Assembly (NCBI RefSeq): GCF_018350175.1
Contig: NC_058368.1
Coordinates: forward strand, 198,588,001-198,652,000
Origin: Felis catus
Lineage: Eukaryota
Direction of reading: 5' to 3'
Length of the DNA: 64,000 bases
Position numbers and translations under genes: made by a program. Positions 25,837-37,499 of this stretch are shown one piece after another; positions within the stretch are counted from its first letter, which is position 1; each line of letters begins with the position of its first letter. The notes under the pieces are model-generated. The model did not search any database and was not told the origin of the DNA. It worked only from the letters and a program-made list of their open reading frames with translations.

Positions 25837-27355
25837 TCAGTTTCTTAATTTTCAATAAGAGTTGCATATGGCTTCAGTATTATTATAATTTCCTTTTTTT
25901 ACCATAAATAAATGGTTGACTTATTGAAGTATATGCTTGTAGAAAAATAAAATTGTTAATCATGCTATGACATGACTGAGTTATCTGAGCCTCCAGCCTT
26001 CTTGTCCAAGAGTTATCACATCAGGGATCTAATACTTCTTAAAAGGGTATAAACTGCGTTTTCACTTAATATTAGTGAGTAAGAGTCTATACTGTTATGC
26101 AACAGGCAACATTTGCTACTTTTCTTCCTTTCTAAATTTGTCCGGAAAATATGAGACAAAATAGCTATTTTTCCTTGATAAGCGGGGTCAATCATCTTGA
26201 TGGTTTGTATGTGTTTTGGAACATTTTGTCTAGAGGTCTAGACATTATCAAAGTCATATTCTGCTACATGGAGAACATTAAACATATTAAACATATTAAA
26301 ACCAGTGGCTAAGAGTTTGAAATTAAAAGTTCTTCCAGCACAGCCTTTTCCTACGAGAACTTATCAGTTATTCCACTTTGACACAATGAGAACTCTACCT
26401 CTCAACAGCCGTGTGCTCAGCGTGGCTATTTCTGCTACAAAGTGACGTGACCTTATGCTTCTGTTGCCTGGGCCTCTGTCACAGGGAGACGTGGTCTTGT
26501 GTCCACTATGTAACACACGAGCTTTTGTTCACCTGACGGAGTGCAGGGGTGGTTTTCACCAATGCAAGTGGGCGCCGGAGTCACACAGCCAAATGAAACG
26601 TGTCCGGGAAATGTAATAGTTAATCACTCACTTTAGCTGTTTCCTGATACCCTCGCCTGCTTTCACATAGATGGCACAAAATATAGAGCTTAGTGGCACA
26701 CAAAGCCAGGCTGCTTTCACGGGACTGCCCACACATTCTTTTGATTCTATTTTGGGTCACACGTGAAACCCACAGAACAATCGACAAAAGCCATTTCGTC
26801 TTCTCACTCTCTTCAGTTTACCCTTTTGCTTAGTTTATTTCATTTCGCCAACATTTTTAAAAAAGGGCATTGTTGTCATTACAAAGTTGAGTATTTTTCT
26901 GAGATCCTAGGTAGTGTTGGTGGTGGAAGAAGAATTCTTCCACTTTTCCAGACTAAGTCAAAGGCATGGTCTTTGAAATACTCAAAGTCCCTGACGAAGC
27001 TTTCAGCACAGAGATGAAGAACAGCCAGTACCTGAGAGTTCCCTGCATTGTCATTAAATCCTCACAACTTTTAGGCAGTTACCTATATCTTATCTCCATT
27101 TTAAGAGTGGAGAAATTGAGTCTGACGTTAAGTATCTTTCTCAAGGTCACGTAGGTCATAAAGTGCCCGGGATTGAAACTTAGGTCTGTTGCCAAAGCTT
27201 TATTTTACGCGTTTAGCTCACTGGATCAGAATTCTATAAAACAGCTATCCCACAGCATGTGATTATGGTGTTGTAAGTTAGCCATTGCTCTTTGGACCCC
27301 TTGACTTTAAAGCAAAGGCTTTGAAAATATTGAACTTTAATTGACATACCAATAT

Positions 27356-27552
27356 TTTTAAAAATTTGTTTAATGTTTATTCAGTATTGAGTGAGAGAGT
27401 GGGGGAGGGGCAGAGAGAGAAGGAGTCAGAGGATCCAAAGCAGGCTCCACACTGTTACCGCAGAGCTCAATGGGGGCTCAAACCCACGAACTCCGAGATC
27501 ATGACCTGAGCTGAAGTCAGACGCTTAACTGACTGAGCCACCCAGGTGTCTC
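27356..27552 (-). mobile_element. CanSINE inserted in the tail of an older L1
   Basis: SINE body; TTGACATAC on both flanks. Confidence 0.9.
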
Positions 27553-27554
27553 TA

Positions 27555-27815
27555 GTTGACATACAGTATTATATTAGTTTCAGGTGTACAAGATGGTGAC
27601 TCAAATTTTTTATATATCACGAAATGATACTATGATAGGTCTAGTTACCCTCTATCACCATACAAAATTATTACAATATTATTGACTGTATTCCCTATGT
27701 TATATTTTACATCCTTGTGACTTATTTATTACTGAAGTGTGTATCATTTAATCTCCTCCTATTTGTCCCATCCCTCCACCTCCCTTCCCTCTGTCAACCA
27801 CCAGTTTATTCTCTT
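27555..27815 (-). mobile_element. Older L1 3' UTR fragment
   Basis: TTGACATACAGTATTATATTAGTTTCAGGTGTACA...CCCTCTGTCAACCACCAGTTT. Confidence 0.8.
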
Positions 27816-27917
27816 GACCAAAGGTTTTTTCATGTTTCAACACTGAATACGTTCGCTGTACATTTTCATCAATCTGAATAAATTTCTTTTTGTTCTTAGG
27901 TTGTACCCCACGAATAT

Positions 27918-28180
27918 TGTTATGGGGTGGCTTGTCTTCCCATCCCCAAGGTTATGTGTTCAAGCACTAACTCCCAGTACCTCTGAAAGCTTCTATGGAG
28001 ACTGGGCCTTTAAAGAGGTAATTAAATTAAAATGAGGCTGGTGGGATGGGCCTTAAACCCAGCTGACTGGAGCCTTTATAAGGAGAGGCAACGAGGCTAG
28101 AGAGACAGCAGGGGTGTGCATGGAGACTACCTGAGGACTGCAGCGGGAGGTAGCCATCTGCAAGCTAAGGAGAAAAGAAA
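27918..28180 (+). mobile_element. MLT1A/B-like MaLR LTR (partial)
   Basis: TGTTATGG...CTAACTCCCAGTACCTC...GGGCCTTTAAAGAGGTAATTAAATTAAAATGAGG...GCCATCTGCAAGC. Confidence 0.75.
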
Positions 28181-28476
28181 CCAACTCTGGAATGGTCTTA
28201 AGGTTGGAGTTTTTTTGTTCCTGAGGTGTTTGATGAAATCTGATAGCAAATCTGTCTGGAGTTGTGCTTCTGTAGGAAGATTTTTAAATGATTACCTCTT
28301 TGATGGTAATGTGTTATTGTTCTGGACCTCTGTGGTTTTTTTGGTCTGGAAACACATAGTTTTGGGTTGTGGAATGTTTGCTAAAATTATCTGGTAAACT
28401 CCTTTTCACTATTGCTGTTGTTTCTCTTTGTCTTAAAACATCTAACTGGGTATTAGACTTCCAGGCTAATGTTCTT

Positions 28477-28863
28477 TTTTTTTTTTTAATTCAAGTTAGT
28501 TAACATACAGTGTAGTACTGGTTTCAGGAGTAGAATTTAGTGATTCATCACTTATATATAACACCCAGTGCTCATCCAAACAAGTGCCCTCCTCAATGCC
28601 CATCACTCATTTAGCCCATCCCCCACCCCTCCAGCAACCCTCTGTTCTCTGTATTTTAGAGTCTTTTATGGTTTGCCTCCCTCTGTGTTTTAATCTCACT
28701 TTTCCTTTCCTTACCCTATGTTCATCTGTTGTTTCTTAAATTACACATGTGAGTGAAATCATATGGTGTTTGTCTTTCTCTGCGTGACTTATTTTGCTTA
28801 GCATAATATACTCTAGTTCCATCCACATTGCTGCAAATGGCAAGATTTCATTCCTTTTGATCG
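28477..28863 (-). mobile_element. 5'-truncated carnivore L1 3' end with TSD
   Basis: Poly-T then AATTCAAGTTAGTTAACATACAGTGTAGTA...; TSD TCCAGGCT(A/G)AT(G/C)TTCTT at 28460-28476 and 28864-28880. Confidence 0.9.
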
Positions 28864-29449
28864 TCCAGGCTGATCTTCTTATGGTCTTTGCTCAAACTGC
28901 TTCTTTATCATTTTTGGGTGGTTTCCTCAGCTTTATTCCATCTCTACTGAATTTACTCTTGGCCTTTACGTCTTCTCTGGTGTCCCTGAGGTCAAGCCCT
29001 CTTCAGTTTTATCTTGGGGGTAAATTTTCACTCTGGCTTTCTTTCAGGCTGCCAGCGGGGTAGTCCCCAGGCCTCGTTTGGTGAGGCATGTAAGGGTGCT
29101 CAGATGTGCATTTTAAAGATTCACAGCTATTTTATGTTTTCAGTCTCTCCCGGCTCTGAGGACCAGGTGCCTCTTATTCCTGAGCTGATGGGAGTTCTGT
29201 GGCAGGAATCGGCTTGCTTCTTGCTGGCTTTCCTGATTCCAGGACTTAGGCTTCAGCTTTGTTCTGCTGTATTGATTCCCAATTCTTTACTCATTTTGCT
29301 TTCTGAAATGGTGGATCTCTTCTATACAAGTGTCTTCAGTTTTCTTTGTGGGTCTTTTCATTCCTTTATTGGCTAGTGGGGGAGGTGAAATTAAGTATAG
29401 TTAATGTCATGGATAAATGGAAGACCTCCATATTGTGACTTCGTGCCTC

Positions 29450-29628
29450 CATCGTCCAATGATAGCCACTACCCACATGTGGCTATTTAGATTTACACTA
29501 AAATAAAAATTCAGTGCCTCAGCCACATTTCAAGTGCTCAGTAGCCATATGTAGCTAATGCTACGGTATAGGGCAATGTAGATATAGAACACTTTCATCA
29601 TTACAGAAAGTTTTATTGGACAGGAGTG
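29450..29628. mobile_element. MER3-like hAT fossil
   Basis: GCCACTACCCACATGTGGCTATT...AGCCACATTTCAAGTGCTCAGTAGCCATATG...GAAAGTTTTATTGGACAG. Confidence 0.75.
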
Positions 29629-31019
29629 CTAAACAAAATCCACAGAGATGCCATCCATAGTCTATAGCATTGTTTCAGTTACTTGCTAGTACACCCCTTT
29701 AATTCTGTATAGCACTTATCCCTAGTTGATACTCGTCTCCATCCACTAGAGATTAAGCTCCCTGTGAGCAGAGACCTTATTTTCCTATCATTCCTAACAT
29801 ACAGCAGGTGCTACTTATGTTTGTTAGAGTGAATGAACCCCCGTTAATTTGCCCAGAGTGCCTACATGCTTGTCTTACTTAGTTTAAACTATATAGACTC
29901 AGAATCTCACGTTGGGATATGATCATTCTAGATGGCACAACTGCCATACTTTTCACTGGCTTTGTGCTGTAGTTTTGTATTGTTTCTCAACTCTTTGCAA
30001 GCTGTTTTGAGTCCAGCGCTAATTTTGAATTAAGATATTTACATGTAAGTCTTCAAAGAGACCAAGTTGTAAATTGGAAGCATTCAAAGTAGGTATTGAA
30101 ATACCTACAAGAAAGCAACTTGGAAACATTCCAGTGAGTGGTGATCGCCTAGAAACCATCCAGGAAAGCAAGTGTCCACTTCTTGAGACTTGCTCACCTG
30201 TGCAGCTGCCTTAGTTATGTTAGTCTTGAGTACCAGAACAATTGGGCAGATACACAGAATGGACCGGAAAGCCGACTTGTCACTAACACCATGTGGTGAG
30301 TTAAGAGGCAGTAATCTGCAGAGAGGATCCTGGGCAAATCTTAACTCTCAAATTATCCTTGCCGCACATTTAGCTATCTTGTTCACATCCTATACTTTGG
30401 GCCCAAACTCTCCTTTCCTTTCAACTAGAGAATCTCTCCTACTTCTACCCATCCATCCTTCACATGCTGTTTTCCCACTTGGACACCTCCCCTCACAAAA
30501 CCTCCAAGACCTAGCTCTCCTTTCTTTGAGAGTTCTCCTCAAAACTCCAAGAAGTCTGACAGGACCTCACTGAGTTCCCATCACTTAGACACTGAAGCAA
30601 CTCTTCATCCTGTTTCTCTATTAATCAGAAATTCCTCTACGGCAGGCTTGAGGCCTGCTTTTTCATCTGTCTCCATAGATTCTGGGATCTTGTTGTACAG
30701 CAATACAAGGGGAAAATAGATCAGCTGGAATTAGAGAAGGAAAAGCCTCACCTCAACTACCTAATACATAGTATTGGAAACTTATTTCGCTCGTGATTTT
30801 TTGCTGTGAGATTTCAGCATATTGATCACCGAGCCTGGGGGATTGACTTATTTTCCCCACATTCACAGCTGACCACATCAGAAGGAAATCGCAGGTATGT
30901 TCAGGCAGTAGCACGTTGACACAACAGGGTTGGTTTTAGTTAATAGTGAAGTCTATATACACTTAATAACCAACCTGTCTTTGATGGTGCAAGGGCTGTA
31001 GGTGAGACAGGCTGTTGAT

Positions 31020-31427
31020 GTGCTGACACACATGACTGGCATGGAGATGCAGCATTGGAGGCGACTCTACTCACTTGTAGTATGATTAGCGGACGGTCTC
31101 CAGCTTCTTCAGGCTCTACTTGAGCCTTCAAACCCAGGTCATGCTTGTCCTGGGCTCTTCTTGGGGCTGTTCCCAGACAGTGACTGAGAGAGGTGGCCAT
31201 ACAAGGGCCTAGTCCTTTCTCCCCAGCATGGACTCCCTAATGGGCACCTTTTGCTCTGGAGTTGCCCCTAAAACTGGTAGGGGCTTTGTCAGGTGTGCAT
31301 AATGTTCTGTGCCCTCCCCTGCCCCTTCGAGTCCTGCAGCTCTCCTTCCACAGGTGCTAATTCTTAATCAACCTTTTCTCATAACGCCATCTGCGCATTT
31401 GTCTCCTGGAGAACCCAACCTAAAACA
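31020..31427 (+). mobile_element. ERVL-class solo LTR (LTR16-like)
   Basis: Ends with CCTGGAGAACCCAACCTAAAACA. Confidence 0.6.
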
Positions 31428-32424
31428 ACATCAAATACGTAGTTTCTACAGCTGAGAAAAGGATTCAGAAAAAAAATGAAGCCATGAAAACGGTGTATAT
31501 CCTATACAAAGAGTGATGTGGGTTCTCAATTGTGAACCTGTGAAAGCTGTCACTGAGCACTTAAAGCCACAGGTATTAGGAAAATCGTGTCAGTTTTGTT
31601 TGCAGAGAATTGCTAAAATAAGTTCTAGCTTTTAAAAGAAATGGCTAGATATCTGTAAATTAGAGTCCTGGGAAATTAATACATTACCTTTCATTGCCTA
31701 GGGCTCTTAGCTTCTAATGTGTGTTTTGTTGATTTGGGTGCACTAAGGACATGTCGTAAACTGTTTTTGTTAAAACAGATTTCTAATACAATGTGAATTG
31801 GTTTTTAAGGTTTGGTTATTAAATTCAAAACTGATCTTCCAATATGAATAAGCAAATGACCCTATATAGTTCCTCTCAGTCTCCAAAGCACCTTTATTTT
31901 CCAAAGAGAATTTTTTTTTTTCATTTCTTGAAATCTCCATTGAGAAACAGTAAGTACTTCACAATTAAAGGTAGGTAGCAGATTCTTCTGGTTTACCATA
32001 CTGGTCTTTTTTAGAATACGGTTATCAAGTAGGGCTTAGACTCTTGGTTATTCAAAGACTTGCAAGGAACTTAATGCACTATTTCCTGTCGTGCAGGATA
32101 AAGAAATTCAGATGTTTCATCCCACGGAAAGTTCAAAACCACGATGAACATTGTAGAGTTAAAGTATGTTCAAAGACTTATCCTTCTATATCCTAGAATA
32201 GGAAGAAGCTAATGTTCAAGAATTTTATGGAGAGTGAAGGCTATGAGGAACAAAATTTTAACTCGTTAAATGTTGGAAGAAATACCATTCATATTTGGAC
32301 CCACTGCTCTAGAACAATATTACCATGAAGAAAGTTTTTAGGCATGGTCAGTAAAGAAGGGAAAGGAGAAGAGATTTTGAAGAAAAAGTTAATATTGTCT
32401 TGAGCAAAAGTAGAGGGATAACAT

Positions 32425-32877
32425 TATTCAAAATTGCTTACAGGTAGAAACCATCCCAATGTCTATCAATGGATGAATGAATGCGCAAAACTCCACACAG
32501 CCATACAAGGGAATATTATCTGGCCATAGGAGAGAATGTACGTGCCACAACATGGAGGAAACTTCAATATTATGCGAAGTGGAAGAGGCCAATCCCAAAA
32601 GACCACATACTATAGGATTCCATTCATATGAAAGTCCAGAACAGAAGTCTGTAGAGACAGAAAGTGGACTAGTGATTTCCTAGGGCTGGGGAGTGAAGGT
32701 AGGGGGTGAAGGGTGATAGCTCAAAGGTTCAGGGTATTTTTTTAGAGGTGATTAAAAATGTCCTAAAAGTGGTGATAGTTGCACAAATCTGTAAATACAC
32801 AAAAAGCCACTTAGCTATATACTTTAAATGGGTGAATTGTATGGTAGGTGAATTCTCAAGGTTATTAAAAAAAAATG
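32425..32877 (+). mobile_element. Ancient L1 (L1MB/MC-type) 3' end
   Basis: CCCAATGTCTATCAATGGATGAATG...GAGACAGAAAGTGGACTAGTGATTTCCTAGGGCTGGG...TACTTTAAATGGGTGAATTGTATGGTA. Confidence 0.8.
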
Positions 32878-33087
32878 GAAGAAAAACTCAAATGCCGGAG
32901 GACATGTAAATAGAATTACAAACTGTCTAAACAGAATTAGAGTATCCTGGGGCCGCACCACCAAGTTTTAATTAAACTCTTTCTGAAATTGAGAGTTTAC
33001 CTCATTCCGTAGGCATTAGTAAATTGTGCTTGTCACTTTGGATTTCCATGGGAGTATTTGCTTTTCCTGTATATCTTAAGATCAGGG

Positions 33088-33516
33088 TGTTAGGTTAGAT
33101 ATGGCTCCAAAGTTACCTGTGAATGTTACCTTACGTGGCAAAAATAACTTTGTAGATGTGATAAATGAAGGATTTTGAGACTAGGGGTTGTCCTGGATTA
33201 TCTGGGTAGGCCCTACATGCAATCGCCCTTATAAGAGGGAGGCACAAGAGGTTAGACTACAGAGAAGGCAGTGTGACCACAGATGCAGAGACTGGAGTGA
33301 TATGGTTGAAAGCCAAGCAATGTAAACAGCCAGAAGCTGGAAGAGATCAGGAATCCTCCCCTGAGATCTCTAGAAGGAGCCAACCCTGCCAGCACCTTGA
33401 TTTTTAGCCCCATAAGACCAGGACTTCTAGTGTACAGAACGATGAGAGAATAAATTTGCATCTTATGTCATTAACTATGTGGTAATTTGTCACAGTGCCA
33501 TTAGGAAACTATTCAA
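33088..33516 (+). mobile_element. MLT1C/D-like MaLR solo LTR
   Basis: CCTGTGAATGTTACCTTACGTGGCAAAA...GCCAGAAGCTGGAAGAG...GTGGTAATTTGTCACAG...AGGAAACTATTCA. Confidence 0.8.
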
Positions 33517-34095
33517 CAATGCAGTACTAATTTTAAATGATCCTGGGGAGGTATCGAAGGATTGCCATAGCTTGATATTTAGTGCTTAGGTAGTGTTTGC
33601 TTGTGTGATCTAGTTTTTTTTTTTTTTTTTCTCATATAATTATTTACCATTTTAGGCGGTGACTCTTCATTTTAAATGGCTTGTCTTGGTTTCATACTCC
33701 AAGACACAGCAAATTCTTTTTGGAAGAGGGGAGTTATCTGTTTAGAACAAATCCTTGCCCCCCAACCAGGAGTATAGACTTCTAGATCCCAAAGGGTCCT
33801 TAATCATCGGTGATTAGTGCAACTCTATTTTACATTTGAGTAAACAGAAACCTGGAAGGAACGAGTGACCTACCCAAGCTCCTTTAGTTAAGTAGCAAAT
33901 GTTCATGATTGCCAGGCCACTAATCTTTAAAACCTAGACATGTGAGACTTGAACATCAGCTTGCTGGAGACAAAACTAGTTTAAGCTGACATGGAGATGT
34001 TTTAGACTTAAAACTTCCTAGCTGCAAGAATCCATTACAAGTAGGGTTCCCTGTACTTTGTAGGCCACCATGACTATGCCAGGAGCAGAAAATCC

Positions 34096-34276
34096 TTTTT
34101 TTTGGTTTGTTTATTTTTGAGCACATGTCGGGGAGGGGCAGAGAGCGAGGGGGACAGAGGATCCAAAGTAGGCTCCATCAGCAGTGAGCCTGATGCAGGG
34201 CTCGAACTCACAAACCGTGAGATCCCCTCCTGTGCTGAAGTTGTACGCTCAACTGACTGAGCCACCCAGGTGCCCC
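34096..34276 (-). mobile_element. CanSINE
   Basis: GGGCTCGAACTCACAAACCGTGAGATC core; ends CCAGGTGCCCC. Confidence 0.92.
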
Positions 34277-35852
34277 TGGAAAACCCTACTCTTAATTCAA
34301 GCCTCTACCCTCCTTCTGACCTCTTCCACTTATGAATCAAGTTGTGTTAGCTTCATAGGAGGTTCATCCTCTAGGACATAATGGTACTCCTTTCAAGTAT
34401 AGGAAGCAGAGAAGAGGTTTGGGGTAAATCAGAGGTGGCTGGAGGTGGGTGAATGGTTGACCACCTAGAACAAGAAAAGCAGGGCTGAGAAGAAAATATT
34501 AAGGTCCTAGAAGTTATTGGAAGCAGTAAATGGGCAAAGTGCCCAGTGACCTCTGCAGAATTTAGTGTCTGGATACCACCACTTCTGAAAAAGAAGATCC
34601 GTGGTTTAAGAGTCTTTCTAATGAAATACACCATCTCTCAGCTATTAAAGGATATACTCAAAGCAAGAATGAGGCAAGAGAAGCATTGCCTGCTTTGGAG
34701 TTGGGGCCAGGGGAAGGAAGCCTATAAGCTAGTAAAGTTTTAAAAGTGCTCATACCCTCTGTACCAATAACTCATTTCTAGAATATTCTTAGGATAATTC
34801 TTATAAAGAGATGTGGACAATCCTATAAGCAAACATTCACTGTAATATTAACAATAGTACCTAATAAGGAATTTATCATAGTACATCTCTATAGTAGAGC
34901 TGTATATAGCCATGAAACATTTATGAAGTTCCAGGATATAGTGAAGTTTATGTAAAGTGAGTGCATGATACAAAACTAGCAAAGATTATATTTTTCCATA
35001 AATCACGTCGAACAACAAAAAAAGTAGATGGTAATTGCCATGGATGTACTGTTTTTTCCTGGATGGTAGAAATTGGGAGACCAAGTTGGAAACATGCATT
35101 TGTTTCCTACAAACGACGCTTCAACAAACTTTTCTCTAAATCTGGCTAGTCAGCAGTCTTTATAGACTTGTAGACTATGGACTGTCACAAGAATTTCTCC
35201 TTGCTCTTAACAAGCAACAGTGACCGGCTCTTTCCTCACAATCTGTGTGGTAATGCGACTGCCTCATGAGTTTATAGGTTTTCTTAGGTGTCTGGAAGAG
35301 GGTCGTTCTTGTTACAGCAAAGGCAGCTACATTACTGGACCACGTCTTATTCAAGACTGCAGCCTGTTAATTGGCACATAGTGAGGTGAGCACATTCTAA
35401 CCTCTACACACTTTTCTAAAGCACATATTGGGGTGGCTACGCAATAGCAACAGCTATCAGCTAAGACTGCAGCTGCACAGAGTGGGAAGTGTGGGATCTG
35501 TTCATACCAAATAATCAAGGTAGCCTCTCTCCTCTGCACAAAGTTTTATATACATCCCAGAAGAGTAGCACCTAATCGGAAAAATGTGCTCCATATGGAG
35601 TTCTGAAGCTTTAGGTTGAGATGCTTTTCCAAAAGGCAATATAGGATTTTTTAGTACATCAAACACAAGTTTTTCCTTGGTGTGAGTCATAATATACAAA
35701 TGGTATGGAATATGGTAAATACTATGGTGCAGCCTTTGGAACTGGGAACAAATTCTTTCATCTCCCTGCTTTGAGTCCATTTACTCGTTCTGAGAAGTAG
35801 GTTAAACTATGTTTAGCCTAAAAAGCTTCTGTTCAGGATTCTTTAAGGTTAA

Positions 35853-36051
35853 GTTTTATTTTATTTTATTTCAAGTTTATTTTAAGAGACAGAGTGAGCA
35901 GGGAGGGGCAGGCAGGGAGAGAGAATCTCAAGCAGGCTCCGCACTGTCCGCATGGAGCCACATGCGGGGCTCGAGCCCACAAACCGCGAGTTCATGACCC
36001 GAGCTGTAACCAAGAGTTGGACACTTAACTGACTGAACCACGCAGGCGCCC
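35853..36051 (-). mobile_element. CanSINE
   Basis: SINE body; TAAGGTTA on both flanks. Confidence 0.9.
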
Positions 36052-37499
36052 ACTAAGGTTAGCTTTTAAAGGAAAGGCAGAAGGCAGCTGCTCCTGAGTG
36101 GTTCTCTTCCCCTGCATAGAAACTGACAGGCTGTTTCAGAGTCTGACTTGGCCAGTCGTCAAGACCTCAAATATCACCGAGACCATGGACCATAAGGTGT
36201 CTCTTTGCTAACTCAAGCCCTTTATCTTATTTTCAATATGCTTACTCAAGGAAAGGGAAAAATCAAACCCAAAAGGTTTCTGATCGGTTTGAATGATCTT
36301 TGCTAGCAAATTGAAAAGGACTTCCACGTCTGCAATTTCAACCAATTGTGCTGTACATTTAGGGAAGTCCATCACCTTAGAATCCAGGTCACAATTTCTT
36401 CTAAATCCACATGTTCTTGGCCTTAGGATAAATCAATCAAAATTGATTTAATGGTTTAAGGCAACTGAGTTAAGTTAGCTCCTACATAGGCAAAAGTCAC
36501 TGAAATTTCTGCAGAAGTTCAATTTACTCAATCTTGTGTATACGTTGGATCAACAAAGTCACGTTCTGTACTAAGTGTATATTTGGCCTTTAGTTAAAAA
36601 AATCCTCTGGCCACAGGAATTCTCACTGTTTGGTAGAAGAAACAGGTTGAGAGAGAGGAGATCAAATACCCCCCCATCACATGGCTTACTAACCTGAAGC
36701 TCCCTCTGAGGGTCTGCACTCCCTTCTTGCATATTTGGGGTGAATTCCATTGTTACCTAATTAACTGTTTTAGCAGGTGCAGGTAAGCTTTCAGTATGGA
36801 AATCCATGTTTGAAGATGCAAAAAGGGAAGGTGCCAAGTTGAGGGGAAAATACAAATTCATCCCCTAATAGATTTATACAGTCAGGCAGTCTGTTCAGAA
36901 AGTTGAAGTTTGACATTTTATACATTATTGTATGGAAGCCCTAATTATTAATATAGGTGAGAGCAATCCCTTCATTCTCAAGCTATGCAGGGGTGGGGAG
37001 CAGGCTGTTGCGGTACTTCACCGGTCATGTGAGCCTAAGTTGCTGTGTCTGGCATTGTGTGGTTGTTCCTAGGCTAAATCTTACAAAAACAAAACAAAAA
37101 ACAAAAACAAACAAACAAAAAAACCCGTGTTTTTGTGTTCTTCTCTAACTTCTCGACTGACACAGCACCCCCGCCCCCTTAATAGAATGGCAAAATTCCC
37201 ATGCCAATTTCCAAGTTACTTACCAGGAAAGGCGCCTGCTTATGCTCTTACTTCTTACCCAGGGCAGCAATACCGTATTACATGGGTCTTGTCAGAGAGC
37301 TGCTTGTTCGATTGCTCATTTTCTTTAGGGGTGATGGATTTGTGTTCGGTGTAACTGGACTCAGAGCATGCAAAGACCTTACCGTTTCTTTCTGGTGTTT
37401 GAGGTCTACTACCCTCAACTTTTTTCTTCTCCCACGGTGGAGAGTGAATTCTGAGGACAACCTGGTGTTCTAAGGGAGCTTCTTGGGTTACCTCTGGCT

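Noticed and set aside
32040..34700. Purine-rich unique stretches possibly from an ancient retroviral or Gypsy internal region
   Set aside because: I found no recognisable gag/pol motif in the frames I tried; needs a Dfam or tBLASTn search.
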